From an uncultured Gammaproteobacteria bacterium (GTDB taxonomy: Bacteria > Pseudomonadota > Gammaproteobacteria > DRLM01), in contig CAVSNY010000002.1 in the NCBI GenBank assembly GCA_963729605.1, positions 128,001 through 192,000 on the forward strand: a stretch of 64,000 nt of DNA, given 5' to 3'. Under the pieces are notes generated by a model. It had not been told where the DNA came from. It searched no databases and saw only the letters and a list, made by a program, of their open reading frames with translations. The translations under genes were made by a program, and so were the position numbers. Below are positions 9,189-19,840 of the stretch, in pieces. Numbering within the stretch: the stretch's first letter is position 1; every line of letters starts with the position of its first letter.

Positions 9189-11270
9189 CTACGCCACCAC
9201 CTCGGTCTTGCCGAGTTCGGCCTCCAACGTGCTCAACTCCGTGATGGGCGCGGAACACTGAATGCCGGTGCAGACATACGCGGTGACCGTGCCGCGCGCG
9301 CCGCGTTCGGCGAGGGCGCCGGGCAGATTGCGCGCGTCGTTGGGAATGGCGATGGTGAAACGGCGCGGCGCGTAGAATCGCTGGGCCCGTGCCTGCCAGA
9401 TTTTCAGAGGTTCGCCTTCGCCGCGCAACACGATCAATTGCGGCGGATAGAGTTGATCCTCCAGCGCGGCGAGCAGGGAATCGTGGGCGTAGGGCAGATC
9501 GGACAAAGTGGTCCACGCTGCGTGCAGCGTATTTTCGGCGGCGGCGAGATAACGGTGGTTATTCAGCAAATGCCCCAGGCGGCCGAGCACCTGCGCCGCC
9601 ACGCCGTTGCCGGCGGGCGTGGCCTCGTCGCTATAGGGTTTGGGGCGATGAATGAGCGTTTCGTGATCGTCGGCGGTGAAGAAAAAGCCGCCGTGTTCTT
9701 TGTCTTCGTAATGCGCGAGCAGGCCGTCGGCCAAGGCCGCCGCGAACTCCAGATCGCCGTCGCGCCAGCGGGCTTGCAGCAATTCCAATATGCCGTCGAT
9801 GAGAAAGGCGTAGTCGTCGAGATAGGCGTTGAAGCGGGCGCGGCCGTCTTTGTACGCCGCCAGCAGGCGTCCGTCGCGCCAGAGTTGGGCGCGGATGAAA
9901 TCCAGCGCCCGCTCCGCCGAGGCGAGATAAGCCGGTTCGTCGAGCCGCCGCCCGGCGGCGGCCATGCCTTTGATCATCAGCCCGTTCCAACTGGTGAGGA
10001 CTTTTTCGTCGCGGCCGGGGCGCACGCGCCGTTCGCGCGTGGCGAATAACTTCGGGCGGGCGCCGTCGACGATCTTGAGGATTTCTTCCGGGGTCTTCGC
10101 AAAATTTTCCGCGAGGGCGCGCAGTCCCGTGAACACATGCAGGTGCCAATGGTGTTCAAAGTTGGGCGGACGGTCGAGGCCGTAGCGTTGCGCGATCACG
10201 GGATATTCCACGTCGTCCAACAGCGCGCGCGCCTCGTCGGGTGTCCACGCGTAAAATTTTCCCTCTTCGCCCTCGGAGTCGGCGTCCAAGGTGGCGTAGT
10301 AGCCGCCCGCCGGTGCCTGCATCTCGCGGACGGTCCAGTGCGCCGTCTCGTGGACGACGCGCAGGAACAGCGGATTGCCGGTGATCTGCCAGGCCTGCAC
10401 GTAGAGCGCGAGCAGCGGACCGTTGTCGTAGAGCATTTTTTCGAAGTGGGGAATCATCCACTGCTCATCGACGCTGTAGCGGTAGAAACCGCCGCCCAGT
10501 TGATCGTACAGGCCGCCGTCGGCCATCTTGATCAAAGTGGTGACCGCCATCTCCAGCGCTTGCGTATCGGCCTGGCTGCTCGATGACGTGGCGGCCCAGT
10601 GACGGAATAAACGTTCGAGATGGGTGGGATGGGGGAATTTCGGCGCCTGGCCGAAGCCGCCGTTTTGCGGGTCGTAGAGATGGCCGAGTTGATTGCGGGC
10701 GATGTCGAAGGGCGCGGGATTGATGGCGCCTTCGGCCGGCACCGGCGCGCCGAGGCTGTCCAGGACGCTCATCAGCTGCACGGTTTGTTTGTCGATGTCG
10801 CCGCGTTGTTCGCGGTAAAAGCCGGCGACTTGTTGCAAGACATCGCGGAACGACGGCATGCCGTAACGCGGCGTGTCGGGAAAATAGGTGCCGGCGAAAT
10901 ACGGCACGAGATCCCGCGGCAGGAGGAACACCGTGAGTGGCCAGCCGCCGCCGCGGCCGGCGAGGACTTGATGGGCGAGCTGATAAATCTTGTCGAGGTC
11001 GGGGCGCTCTTCGCGGTCCACCTTGATGTTGACGAACAGGCGGTTCATCAGCTCCGCGGTGGCGGGGTTCTCGAAGGATTCATGGGCCATCACGTGACAC
11101 CAGTGACAGGCGGAATAACCGATCGAGAGCAGGATCGGTTTGTCCTCGGCGCGGGCCCGCGCCAGGGCCGCGTCATTCCATGGGTGCCAGTCCACCGGGT
11201 TGTCGGCGTGCTGCAATAAATAGGGGCTGGTTTCCTGCGCGAGCAGGTTGCGGGGTCCGGACGGGTTCAT
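9189..11270 (-). CDS. YyaL/SSP411-like thioredoxin-domain protein (DUF255 plus alpha/alpha-toroid domain)
   Basis: [42 protein letters not shown] and PHFEKMLYD. Confidence 0.92.
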   Translation of the reverse strand: MNPSGPRNLLAQETSPYLLQHADNPVDWHPWNDAALARARAEDKPILLSIGYSACHWCHVMAHESFENPATAELMNRLFVNIKVDREERPDLDKIYQLAHQVLAGRGGGWPLTVFLLPRDLVPYFAGTYFPDTPRYGMPSFRDVLQQVAGFYREQRGDIDKQTVQLMSVLDSLGAPVPAEGAINPAPFDIARNQLGHLYDPQNGGFGQAPKFPHPTHLERLFRHWAATSSSSQADTQALEMAVTTLIKMADGGLYDQLGGGFYRYSVDEQWMIPHFEKMLYDNGPLLALYVQAWQITGNPLFLRVVHETAHWTVREMQAPAGGYYATLDADSEGEEGKFYAWTPDEARALLDDVEYPVIAQRYGLDRPPNFEHHWHLHVFTGLRALAENFAKTPEEILKIVDGARPKLFATRERRVRPGRDEKVLTSWNGLMIKGMAAAGRRLDEPAYLASAERALDFIRAQLWRDGRLLAAYKDGRARFNAYLDDYAFLIDGILELLQARWRDGDLEFAAALADGLLAHYEDKEHGGFFFTADDHETLIHRPKPYSDEATPAGNGVAAQVLGRLGHLLNNHRYLAAAENTLHAAWTTLSDLPYAHDSLLAALEDQLYPPQLIVLRGEGEPLKIWQARAQRFYAPRRFTIAIPNDARNLPGALAERGARGTVTAYVCTGIQCSAPITELSTLEAELGKTEVVA

Positions 11271-11349
11271 GGTTTACCGCGACGAAGAGGGCTTGCCGCA
11301 GTATAACGCGTGGGGATGGAGGTGTCCCGCGCGCGGCGATCAAGGCGAT

Positions 11350-12267
11350 TTATTGCGAGGGCAGGAAGTCGACCGGCCAGGTGAAGACGATGCTGTCGAC
11401 GTTTTTGGCGCCGAATTGGAAGAGCTTGATGCGCGCCACCAGTTTGCGCACCAGATCGTCGTCCTTCAATTCCGAGGAGACCACTTTGCACTCGCTGACA
11501 TCGCCCGCCGGAGTGATGGTGATTTCCAAAACCACTTTGCCTTGCAAGGCCGGATTGGCGCGCAAGGCGCGGTGATACAGCGCGTAGATCGCGCCTTTGT
11601 TTTGATCGAGGATCAGTTGTATCTGTTCGGCGCTGCGGCCGGGCTTGCGGCCGTCGCGTTTGGGGTTGGCCTTTTGTTCGTCCTGCAAGGCCTGGCTTTC
11701 CACCACCGTGGTCTCGCGGGCGGCCAATTGGGCCTGCCCCGGCTCGCGAGCCAAGCTCGAGACGCTGATGCCGCCGCTGCCGCCGGTGGCGGTGGAGGTG
11801 ATGATGGAACGGCGGCCGCTATTTTGATCGCCGGCTTGCGTGAGCGGTTTGCCGGCCAGCACGCCGCTCAAGGAGTTTTGCCGCAGCGCGGCCAATTCAT
11901 TTTGCATGGCGAGCAAGCCGGTCTTGGCGGCCTTTTCGCGGGCCGCTTGCACGTCCGGCGCCGCCGCCTCTTTTTTCACCGCCGGCTTGGTCTCGTCGAG
12001 TTTTTTTTCCGGTTCGGGTTGGGGTTCTTCCAGCTTGGGCGGCGGCGGGGGCGGTTGAGGCTTTTCCTTGAGCACTAATTTCGCCAAACGCGGCGGCAGG
12101 CGTTCCGCTTCGACGCGATCGGGTTTGGGCACGTCCAACCACGCCACGACGATGCAGATGGCCAAAAACACCGCCAAGGTCACGCCGGTGATGAGGCGGA
12201 AGCGCTTTTCTTCCTCCAGCGCGGGGCTCCAAGGCAATTCCGTCGAGTGGTAGTAGGCGGCGCTCAT
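11350..12267 (-). CDS. TonB-like energy transducer with AgmX/PglI (GltG-like) C-terminal domain
   Basis: One N-terminal TM, a Pro/Glu/Lys-rich linker, and C-terminal R-S-x-E-Q-I...IYALYHRALRANPALQGKVVLEITI...FQFG...DFLP. Confidence 0.8.
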   Translation of the reverse strand: MSAAYYHSTELPWSPALEEEKRFRLITGVTLAVFLAICIVVAWLDVPKPDRVEAERLPPRLAKLVLKEKPQPPPPPPKLEEPQPEPEKKLDETKPAVKKEAAAPDVQAAREKAAKTGLLAMQNELAALRQNSLSGVLAGKPLTQAGDQNSGRRSIITSTATGGSGGISVSSLAREPGQAQLAARETTVVESQALQDEQKANPKRDGRKPGRSAEQIQLILDQNKGAIYALYHRALRANPALQGKVVLEITITPAGDVSECKVVSSELKDDDLVRKLVARIKLFQFGAKNVDSIVFTWPVDFLPSQ

Positions 12268-12271
12268 GGGG

Positions 12272-12766
12272 TCAACCCGGCTTATTGTGCTTTTGCATCA
12301 CCGCCAGGGAGATGTTGGTGTATTCCGCCTGGGTGCAGGTGACCATGATTTTTTTCAGCAGCAGATAAGGTAGCTGCCGGTCGCCCATGATGGTGATCTC
12401 GCCCGCGCTCCGGCCGCCGTCTTGCCGTGAACGTTGGGCCTGATAACTCAGTTCCTCCAAGAGGCCGGGAATGAGGTCGTCCGCCGCGGCCAAGGATTCG
12501 GCGACGTCGGCGACCTTGCGGCCCTGTACCAGGATGTCCTGGTTATTGATCATCACCACGATGGTTTCCTTGGGCGTCTTCTCCGCGGTGGACACCGGCA
12601 GTTGCAAGGTTTTGCTGCTGGGCACGTTTTGCACGGTGGTGGAGTTGACCAGCAGGAAGAACACCAGAATGGTGAAGATGTCCATCAAGGACACCATGTT
12701 GATGAGGGCGACGCGTTTGCGCTTGTGATGGCGTTCCATGCGTTTGGCGCGGCGCGACATCTTCAT
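12272..12766 (-). CDS. ExbD/TolR-family protein (AglS-like)
   Basis: INMVSLMDIFTILVFFLL TM with the conserved Asp, and periplasmic IMGDRQLPY motif. Confidence 0.88.
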   Translation of the reverse strand: MKMSRRAKRMERHHKRKRVALINMVSLMDIFTILVFFLLVNSTTVQNVPSSKTLQLPVSTAEKTPKETIVVMINNQDILVQGRKVADVAESLAAADDLIPGLLEELSYQAQRSRQDGGRSAGEITIMGDRQLPYLLLKKIMVTCTQAEYTNISLAVMQKHNKPG

Positions 12767-13266
12767 GGGCGGGGCTCCGCGGGCCGTGGCGCATCGCCGA
12801 TGGAAATCTCGGGGAACAACTCCGCTTGTATCACTTCGCCTGCTTGCAGTACGGCGATGGAACGGGTGGCGTCCATCGCTTGAATGAGGACTTCATAAGG
12901 CGTGTTGTCTTCGGCGAGCAGGGTCGCGTCCAGTTTGTCGGGGAACCGCGCCTTGAGTTGCTGCAAGACTTCGCCGAGGAGTTTGAAATTATGGCGGCCG
13001 TTTTCGTTGTCGATGCGGCGGATCAGGCCGCCGCGGCGGTCCGCGACTTCCAGTGTGTCTTTGCGGATGACGATCTCCAATTGCAATGCCTTGCTCGGAT
13101 CGTCGGCGCTTTCCACCGCCGGCGGAATGTTGAGTTCCAGGATGCTGATATGGGAAAACACCGCGGTGATCAGCAAAAACGGCACCAGCGCCACCATTAG
13201 ATTCAGAAAGGCGGTGATATCCAGGTCGGGAGGAACCCGGGGATGGCGGTGGAAGCGGGCCCTCAT
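12763..13266 (-). CDS. ExbD/TolR-family protein (AglQ-like)
   Basis: LDITAFLNLMVALVPFLL TM and TPYEVLIQAMD. Overlaps both neighbours by 4 nt. Confidence 0.85.
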   Translation of the reverse strand: MRARFHRHPRVPPDLDITAFLNLMVALVPFLLITAVFSHISILELNIPPAVESADDPSKALQLEIVIRKDTLEVADRRGGLIRRIDNENGRHNFKLLGEVLQQLKARFPDKLDATLLAEDNTPYEVLIQAMDATRSIAVLQAGEVIQAELFPEISIGDAPRPAEPRP

Positions 13267-13916
13267 TCCGGTGCGCCGTCCTTGTGGCGCTGTTCGCCGA
13301 TGATGTTAAGGAATTTCACCGCGGCCATTTCCAGGCTATCCACCAGTTCGGTGGTCTTGGTTTGCAGAAAGGCATAGGCCAGCAAGAGCGGGATGGCGAC
13401 GATGAGTCCCAGCGCGGTGGTGTTCATCGCCACCGAAATACTCGACGACAACAATTCCGCCTTCTGCGCCGGGTCGGCGCTGGCCACCGCGGTGAAGGCC
13501 TGGATCAAGCCGATGATGGTGCCGAGCAGGCCGAGCAGGGTGGCGATATTGGCGAAGGTGGCAAGATAGTGGGTGCGTTTTTCCAGGCGCGGCACCATTT
13601 CCATCATGCCTTCTTCCATGGCGGTTTCGATGTCGTCGCGTTGGCGCGCCGAGGTGAGCCGCGACAGGCCGTAGGCGAGGATTTTTCCCATGGCGGCGTT
13701 GGATTCGGTGGCGAGGGTCATGGCCTCGCGGTATTTGCCGGCGGCGATGAGCGGCAGCACGCCGTCCCACACCCGCAGGTTCAAGCGCCGGCTGTTGCTC
13801 AAATACAAAAAGCGTTCGATGGCGATGGCGAGGCCGATGGCGAGTACGATCAGGATGGGATACATGAAGGCGCCGCCTTCTTGTATGAATCGTACGATGG
13901 TGTTGAAACTGTCCAT
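13263..13916 (-). CDS. MotA/TolQ/ExbB proton-channel protein (AglR-like)
   Basis: Three TM segments, ATLLGLLGTIIGLIQAF and ISVAMNTTALGL. Confidence 0.92.
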   Translation of the reverse strand: MDSFNTIVRFIQEGGAFMYPILIVLAIGLAIAIERFLYLSNSRRLNLRVWDGVLPLIAAGKYREAMTLATESNAAMGKILAYGLSRLTSARQRDDIETAMEEGMMEMVPRLEKRTHYLATFANIATLLGLLGTIIGLIQAFTAVASADPAQKAELLSSSISVAMNTTALGLIVAIPLLLAYAFLQTKTTELVDSLEMAAVKFLNIIGEQRHKDGAPE

Positions 13917-14267
13917 TCGAATCTCCTTGGGTCTTTATGTGCCAGTCAGCCGCCGCGCCGCGGGCCGGGCGGCGGCGTGCCATGCTAAATCCGGTCTGAA
14001 TGATGTCACTATTAACGGCCCTGGCCGGTGCTTCTTGATCGGAGCACTGCGCATTGCGAGCCATCCCGACATTTTGAACATTTTGAAATAGGGCTCCCGA
14101 ACCTACCGATACATTTTGCGCCTTGCCGCGGGCTTTCCCCGCCGTCAGCCGCTCGCCGAATCGCGATGGGGCCTTCAGGGCGGGCCGCGGTCGCCGGCCA
14201 ATAAGGCGTCGTCATGGGCGATCCCGCCCGCCGAATTCTCACCGCCTATTGCGAGATAGCGTGTACA

Positions 14268-14558
14268 TCACTTGCCGTTTTTAACGGGAGGGACGAAGTT
14301 ATGCAATCGTTCCACCTGCTGCGTCTTCAATTCATATACTGCGCGATCGATCGGCGCCAGCGGTTCATCCACCAAACGTTCCAGCGGCCAGTCCGGTATG
14401 GCGACATCGACGTCGCGCCAGGGAATGACGAAGGTGACCTTGGGCAGTTCGCGGTTGCCGAGGATGGTGGTGCGGTCCAATTCCAGGCGTTCTTCCGCGT
14501 GCGCCGGCGAGGTCAGCAGCGCGGCGCCCAATAGTAGCATGAGTAAGGCGTGCTTCAT
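14268..14558 (-). CDS. Small exported protein (GltF/CglF-like position and motif)
   Basis: Signal peptide ending AHA, then TTILGNRELPKVTFVIPW. Overlaps the TPR lipoprotein stop. Confidence 0.7.
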   Translation of the reverse strand: MKHALLMLLLGAALLTSPAHAEERLELDRTTILGNRELPKVTFVIPWRDVDVAIPDWPLERLVDEPLAPIDRAVYELKTQQVERLHNFVPPVKNGK

Positions 14559-15232
14559 GGCGAGGGTTGCTCCGTCGTTGAGCCGCTGTTGATGCGTTGC
14601 TGCAAATCCGCCAGCCAGCCCGCGAGCCGTTCATCGTCGGCGCCGTGTAATTGCTGGTAGCGCTGATAATGTTCGCGCGCCTTCAGTAGATCGCCTAGAT
14701 ATAAATCGTAGAGCATGGCCAGATTCAAATGCGCGTAGGCGTGATCGGGGCGGGCGGCGAGGGCCGCCTCGTATTCGGCGCGGGCGTCGTTGAATTTTCC
14801 TTGCTGGCGATAAAGGATGCCGAGGTAGTTGTGCGCGACGTAGTCTTTGCCGTTGATCGCGATCGCCTGTTTGAAAAACTGTTCGGCTTCCGCCGGCTGG
14901 CCGCGGCGAAAATACAAGATACCGAGATTGGTGCGGGGGCTCGCCAGTTGCGGATGGTCGTCGGCCAGCGCCTTGAACAACGTTTCGGCCTGTTGCTCCT
15001 GCCGGTCGTTCAGCGCGGCGATGGCTTGCTGGAGTTGCAGTTCGGCGGCGCTGGGCGGCGCCGGTTCTACCGGCGCGGCGGCGGGTGCATCGGTCTCGGC
15101 GGCGGGTGCGTTGACCACGCTTTCCACCGGCGGCGTAACGGGTTTGGGCGCGGGTGCGGCGCAACCGGCCAGCAGTGCGAGCAACAGCGCGGCGCCATGC
15201 AGGCTGGACGGTTTGTTAATAAAGCGTGTCAA
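14555..15232 (-). CDS. TPR lipoprotein (GltE-like)
   Basis: Lipobox LAGC, Pro/Ala linker and TPR repeats (NLGILY, NYLGILY, NLAMLY). Confidence 0.85.
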   Translation of the reverse strand: MTRFINKPSSLHGAALLLALLAGCAAPAPKPVTPPVESVVNAPAAETDAPAAAPVEPAPPSAAELQLQQAIAALNDRQEQQAETLFKALADDHPQLASPRTNLGILYFRRGQPAEAEQFFKQAIAINGKDYVAHNYLGILYRQQGKFNDARAEYEAALAARPDHAYAHLNLAMLYDLYLGDLLKAREHYQRYQQLHGADDERLAGWLADLQQRINSGSTTEQPSP

Positions 15233-18200
15233 GGTACGCCTCCCCCTGTTCCACTTTGGAATAACGCACGGGCAGCAGTTTGCTCAGCGCCGCGAAACTT
15301 TTCTGCACCCACTCGTCGTAAATATTCTCCGCGCTGCGGCGGGCGTTGGCTTCGTACAAGGCGATGGCCTCTTCCTCGAAAGGATAGGCCTGTTCCTCGA
15401 GCAGGACGTTGTATTGTTCGAGTTCTAGTTCACTCAAACCGGCGGGCCGTTCGGAATCGAGCAGGGCGGCGCCGAATTCGGCGTAAATCTCCGCGGTGTG
15501 ATGGGTGGCGGCGGTGGTGACGCCGGCCACGCCGTAATCGGCGGCCTGGCGATAGGCTTGCAACGCGTCTTCCATGGCCTTTTTCTTCAATTTCAGGCTG
15601 GCCTCCAGCGGCCGGGTGAGTTTGGCGCGCGCGAAGTCGTCGTAGCGGGTTTGCGCCAAGTTGAGCGCGGCATGGGCGGCGAGGAAACGAGTACGGTCGC
15701 TGCGCGCCGCGCCGCCCTTTTGTTCGGCGGCGACCAGTTGCGCCAGCCACCGCTGCCGTTGGTCGGCGTCGCCGCGCTGCGCGTACAGGTCGGCGATGCG
15801 CTGATGGGCCTCCACCGCGTCGTCCAGCGGTTGCGGATATTGCCGCACGTAGTCTTGGAAAATCCGTAGCGCGTCCTGCGGCCGTTCGGAGCGCGCGTAC
15901 AACTCCGCCGATTGCCACAAGGCGTCGCGCTTGAGTTCGGGATCGTCGCCTTGGGCGGCGAGTTTTTCCAGTTCGCCGGCCGCGAGTCCCCAGTCGCGGT
16001 TGTTTTGATAGGCCACCGCCAGCTTCGCGCCCAGGTCTTTTTGCAGGGGATGGGCCGGGTAGTCTTTGCGGAAACGTTCCAGTACCGCGATAGCGGCCGG
16101 CCAGTCTTCCAAGATCAGCAATTGCGCGGCGGCGTCGTAGTCGGCGTTGACGCGGCTGGGCGCGCCGGGCGCGCGTTGTCCCACCCGCAGGAAGTGTTGC
16201 GCCGCGGCGCGGTGCTCGCCGTTTTGCGCGGCCTGTTCGCCTTGTTTGTAAATGGCGGCGGCCAAACGTTCCTCCGCGTCGCGGTGATTGCCGCCGGTCT
16301 GAACGGCGAGGGTCAGCACTTCTTGATAACTCGTTTCGGCGGCGGCGTAGCGCTGCGTCTCGAATTCGCTGTAGGCGACGATGCGCCACGCGCCCAGACG
16401 GTATTCGGGCGGGGGCGGCGGCGTGCGCGCGATGATGTCGCGGGCGATTTTTTCGGCGCCGGGCAAATCCTGTCCGCTGAATAAAATCTGCGCCGCCTGG
16501 ATTTGGGTCGCCAGCGCGCGCGGGTCGGCGGGATACTCGGCGGTGAAATTCAGCAGGGCGGCGATGGTGCGTTGCCGCGCGGCGTCGCGTTCGGCGCCGC
16601 TCAGGTTCGCCTCGAATTTTTCGTGGGCGATGATCGCCGCGTAGGCGGCCTCGGCGCGTTTGGGATAAGCGGGATAGTCGGCGGCCACCCGCTGGTATTC
16701 GCGGATGGCGTCTTCATAAGCGCGGTTTTCGAAGAGCGACTCGGCCAGCAGGAAATGGGTTTCCGCGGCGGCGGGGTCGGCGGGGAAATCGTGCAGGAAG
16801 CGGCGATACCAGACTTCGGCGGCGCGGTAATCCTCGGCTTGCCCGCTGCGCTGGGCGCGGGCGTGATGATAGTGGGCGAGGTCCTGGATATAGCCGCGCA
16901 CTTGTTCGATGGTGGCGGTGCGTTCCAGCGCCGGATTGCTGGCCCAATAGGCGCTGTCCGCGGCATAGCGGTTCACGAATTCTTCCTTGTTGGCGAGGAC
17001 CCGGCTGGTGAAGCCGCCCTGTTCATACACGCTCAGCACATGGGCCTGGAATAGCGGCGCGCGCGGATCGTCCGGGTGCCGTTCGATGAAGGCGCGGTAG
17101 GCGCCGGCGGCGTCTTCGATGCGCTCCTGTTCCAAGTAAAGTTCGGCCAGCGCCGCGTAGAGGCGATGTTCGTAGGGGCGCGGCCCGGTCTGGGAGAAAT
17201 AGCGGGCGAGGGACTGCGTGCCGTTGAGTTGCGACAAACTCAAACTGACGACGCGCAGCACGTCGTTGACCATCTCGGCGTCGCCGCGGCTGAGGGCCGG
17301 ATCGGCGTTGACCGGCGCGGCGGCCTCCTCCTTGAATTTGCGTTCGAGCAGCGTGAGGAAGGATTCCAAGGCGAGGTTGTGGCGGTTTTCCTTGTAGAGA
17401 GACCAGCCGTGTTTGTAGAGGGCCTTTTCGTAATAGGGCGAGTTCGCGCCCAGCACCACCACGGCGCCGTAAGCCTGGGCCGCCTGCTCGGGCAGGCCCA
17501 GCGCGAACAGCAATTCGCCGCGGCGGAATTGTACCTCGTCGGCATAGGGGCTGGCCGGATATTCGCGGGCCAGGCGGTCGAGGGTGTCGAGCAGCGCGTC
17601 GGTTTCGCCGGCGTTGTAATAGACATTGGCCAACTGGTAGAGCACCCGGTCATTGTCGGGTTTGCCGGGGTAGGCGTGCAGCAAATGATTGTAGGCGGTG
17701 ATGGTGCCTTGGTAGAGCTGGTTCACCGCGGCGGCGGTGGCCTGCTCATTCGAGCCGGCCTTGGCCATCAGTTCGGTGTAACGGCCTTCCGCCTTGAGCA
17801 TCTCCAAATAGGCCAGGCGCTGCATGGCCTCGCGGCGGTGCGGCAGGGTGTTGCCGCCGTTGACGAAGTCGCGATAGGCGGCGATAGCCCGGTCGTAGTC
17901 GGCGGTTTTTTTATCGCCGCCGGTCGCCAGCCGGTCATAGGCCTGGGCGAGGCCCAGGCGGGCTTGGGCGAGATAGGCGGCGAGATTTTGTTTGTGCGTT
18001 TGCACCGCGCGGGTCAGGAGGGTGTGTAAATAATCGCGGTGCTGGGCCGCCAGCCGTTCGCTCTCCGCCAGCAACCGGGTCTGGCGGACGCGCATTTGGT
18101 TGAGGGCGTCGCTTTGGCCGCTGAAGTTATTCTTGGCCCGCTCGCTGATTTGGCGGAGCAGGTCCTGCATGCGCGCCGCGTCGGCCAATACCTTGTCGAG

Positions 18201-19826
18201 TTCGATGAAGGCCTTTTTGGCCTCCCACAGGCGGATGGGATAGGCCTTGCTCAAGTCGTTCAGCAGCAGGCCGCGCAGCAGGAGGTATTTGTCGTTCAAG
18301 TCCTGGTGTTCGGCCAGGATGTCTTTGTTGCGCTCCAAGCGTTGCTCGAAGCGGTGGAGGATGGCGAGCTGGCGTTTCTCCTTGCTATTGGCCAGCGCGG
18401 TGACGTCGCCGTCGTTTTCGGCGCGTTTCAATTCTTCTTGCAGGGCTTGGCCTTCGCTGAGCACGCCGGAGCGTTCGAGATTTTTTCGGTATTCGGTGAT
18501 CTTGGGCAGCAGGCGGTCATGATGGGCGCGTTGCGCGTTGAGCAGGCTCGCATAGGCCTCGATGTCGGCGCCGGCGGTGCGCATGGCGTTTTGCAGGTAA
18601 AGCAGGTTGCGATAATTTTTGAAGGTCTCCTGAAAGTCGTGGCGGCTGGAGGCTTCCGTGAAATAAATGCTGGCGGGATGATCCGGCAGGCTGTCGGGCC
18701 GCCAGGTCCAGCCGGCTTCTTCCCCGCCCGCGCTGGCGGCGAACAAGGCCGCGAAGTAGCTGCCGTCGCCGATGGCCGCCGCCGCGTCATCGAGCCGGCG
18801 CTGTTCGGTTTCATAGTCGCGCAGGGCTTGTTCATAGGCGGCGATCGCCGCGGGATATTCCTGCAACTGATAATGGGCGCGCGCCGCGCCGAGCGCGCCT
18901 TCCTGCGCCACCGCGCCGCGGCCGCCGCGTTGCGCCAGCGTCGTCCAGTTCTCCGCCGCCGCGCGGTAGTCGCCGCGCAGGTAATCGGCCCAGCCCGCGC
19001 CGAGCAGGGCCGGGTCGCTTTCGGCGCGGGCGAGGGCGGCGCATATCGAGGACAGGTTCGCGCACTGCACGGGGTCGCCGCTGATCCGCGCGAAGACCGC
19101 GCGGGCGCGCTCGAACTGGTTTTGTTTGAGGAAGTAATAACCCAGTTTTATATTGACGAGGTTGCGCAGGCTTTGGCCGCGGGACGTGTACGGCGCGCTT
19201 TGCGCCAGTTGTTCCAAGATCGCGAGACCTTCCGGCGCGCGGCGCGCGTCCAGCAGGGCGACGCCCAGATTGTAGCGGCCGAAGTCGCTCCATTCGTCCT
19301 GGCCTTGCAGGGTCTTGGCCGCCGCGATGGCTTCCTGATAACGCTTGCGCGCCAGCAGCAGGGTCGCGAGTTGGTAATCCCGTTCGCTTTGGATGGCGCC
19401 GGGCGTGAGGTCTTTAAGATTGGCGAGGGCGGCTTCCGCCTCGACCAGGTAACCGCGTTGGGCGAGCTGGCGGGCGAGGGTGAGCCAGGCGTCTTGACGG
19501 ATCGCAACGCCTTTGGCGCCGAGCTCGCGCAATAATTCGCCGGCCGCCTCGGGCAGGCCCAGGGCGAGATAGAGATCGGCGAGGGTGTGGGTGGCCTGGT
19601 CGGCGCGCGCGGCGATTTCCGGGAGGCGTTGCGCCTTTCGCAATTCGCCGAGGGCGGTGAAGTAGCGCCCTTGCAGGGAATAGTATTCGACCGGTCCCAA
19701 TTCGAGGTCGCTGACCGCCCGCGCGCGTGCCGCGTCCAGCGTTTCCGCGGCGTGCGGCGCCGTCGCCACGAAGGTCGACAGCGCGGCCGCGAGGCATCCG
19801 ATGAATAATGAACTGCGCGCTGCCAT
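15216..19826 (-). CDS. 1536-aa exported TPR protein, apparently a GltC-like plus GltD-like fusion
   Basis: Signal peptide, many TPR repeats, central coiled coil, and C-terminal ELEQYNVLLEEQAYPFEEEAIALYE...YDEWVQKSF...PVRY. Confidence 0.85.
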   Translation of the reverse strand: MAARSSLFIGCLAAALSTFVATAPHAAETLDAARARAVSDLELGPVEYYSLQGRYFTALGELRKAQRLPEIAARADQATHTLADLYLALGLPEAAGELLRELGAKGVAIRQDAWLTLARQLAQRGYLVEAEAALANLKDLTPGAIQSERDYQLATLLLARKRYQEAIAAAKTLQGQDEWSDFGRYNLGVALLDARRAPEGLAILEQLAQSAPYTSRGQSLRNLVNIKLGYYFLKQNQFERARAVFARISGDPVQCANLSSICAALARAESDPALLGAGWADYLRGDYRAAAENWTTLAQRGGRGAVAQEGALGAARAHYQLQEYPAAIAAYEQALRDYETEQRRLDDAAAAIGDGSYFAALFAASAGGEEAGWTWRPDSLPDHPASIYFTEASSRHDFQETFKNYRNLLYLQNAMRTAGADIEAYASLLNAQRAHHDRLLPKITEYRKNLERSGVLSEGQALQEELKRAENDGDVTALANSKEKRQLAILHRFEQRLERNKDILAEHQDLNDKYLLLRGLLLNDLSKAYPIRLWEAKKAFIELDKVLADAARMQDLLRQISERAKNNFSGQSDALNQMRVRQTRLLAESERLAAQHRDYLHTLLTRAVQTHKQNLAAYLAQARLGLAQAYDRLATGGDKKTADYDRAIAAYRDFVNGGNTLPHRREAMQRLAYLEMLKAEGRYTELMAKAGSNEQATAAAVNQLYQGTITAYNHLLHAYPGKPDNDRVLYQLANVYYNAGETDALLDTLDRLAREYPASPYADEVQFRRGELLFALGLPEQAAQAYGAVVVLGANSPYYEKALYKHGWSLYKENRHNLALESFLTLLERKFKEEAAAPVNADPALSRGDAEMVNDVLRVVSLSLSQLNGTQSLARYFSQTGPRPYEHRLYAALAELYLEQERIEDAAGAYRAFIERHPDDPRAPLFQAHVLSVYEQGGFTSRVLANKEEFVNRYAADSAYWASNPALERTATIEQVRGYIQDLAHYHHARAQRSGQAEDYRAAEVWYRRFLHDFPADPAAAETHFLLAESLFENRAYEDAIREYQRVAADYPAYPKRAEAAYAAIIAHEKFEANLSGAERDAARQRTIAALLNFTAEYPADPRALATQIQAAQILFSGQDLPGAEKIARDIIARTPPPPPEYRLGAWRIVAYSEFETQRYAAAETSYQEVLTLAVQTGGNHRDAEERLAAAIYKQGEQAAQNGEHRAAAQHFLRVGQRAPGAPSRVNADYDAAAQLLILEDWPAAIAVLERFRKDYPAHPLQKDLGAKLAVAYQNNRDWGLAAGELEKLAAQGDDPELKRDALWQSAELYARSERPQDALRIFQDYVRQYPQPLDDAVEAHQRIADLYAQRGDADQRQRWLAQLVAAEQKGGAARSDRTRFLAAHAALNLAQTRYDDFARAKLTRPLEASLKLKKKAMEDALQAYRQAADYGVAGVTTAATHHTAEIYAEFGAALLDSERPAGLSELELEQYNVLLEEQAYPFEEEAIALYEANARRSAENIYDEWVQKSFAALSKLLPVRYSKVEQGEAYLDTLY

Positions 19827-19840
19827 GGCGGGGATCGGGC

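Noticed and set aside
9187-9516. 110-aa N-terminal extension of the Kelch ORF in the ORF track
   Set aside because: It overlaps the YyaL C-terminus out of frame. ATG 9186 with a signal-like segment is the better start.
5099-14051. GGAGCACTGCG shared by two intergenic regions (about 5099 and 14041)
   Set aside because: Only 11 bp with weak flanking similarity, so it cannot be distinguished from chance without a genome-wide count.
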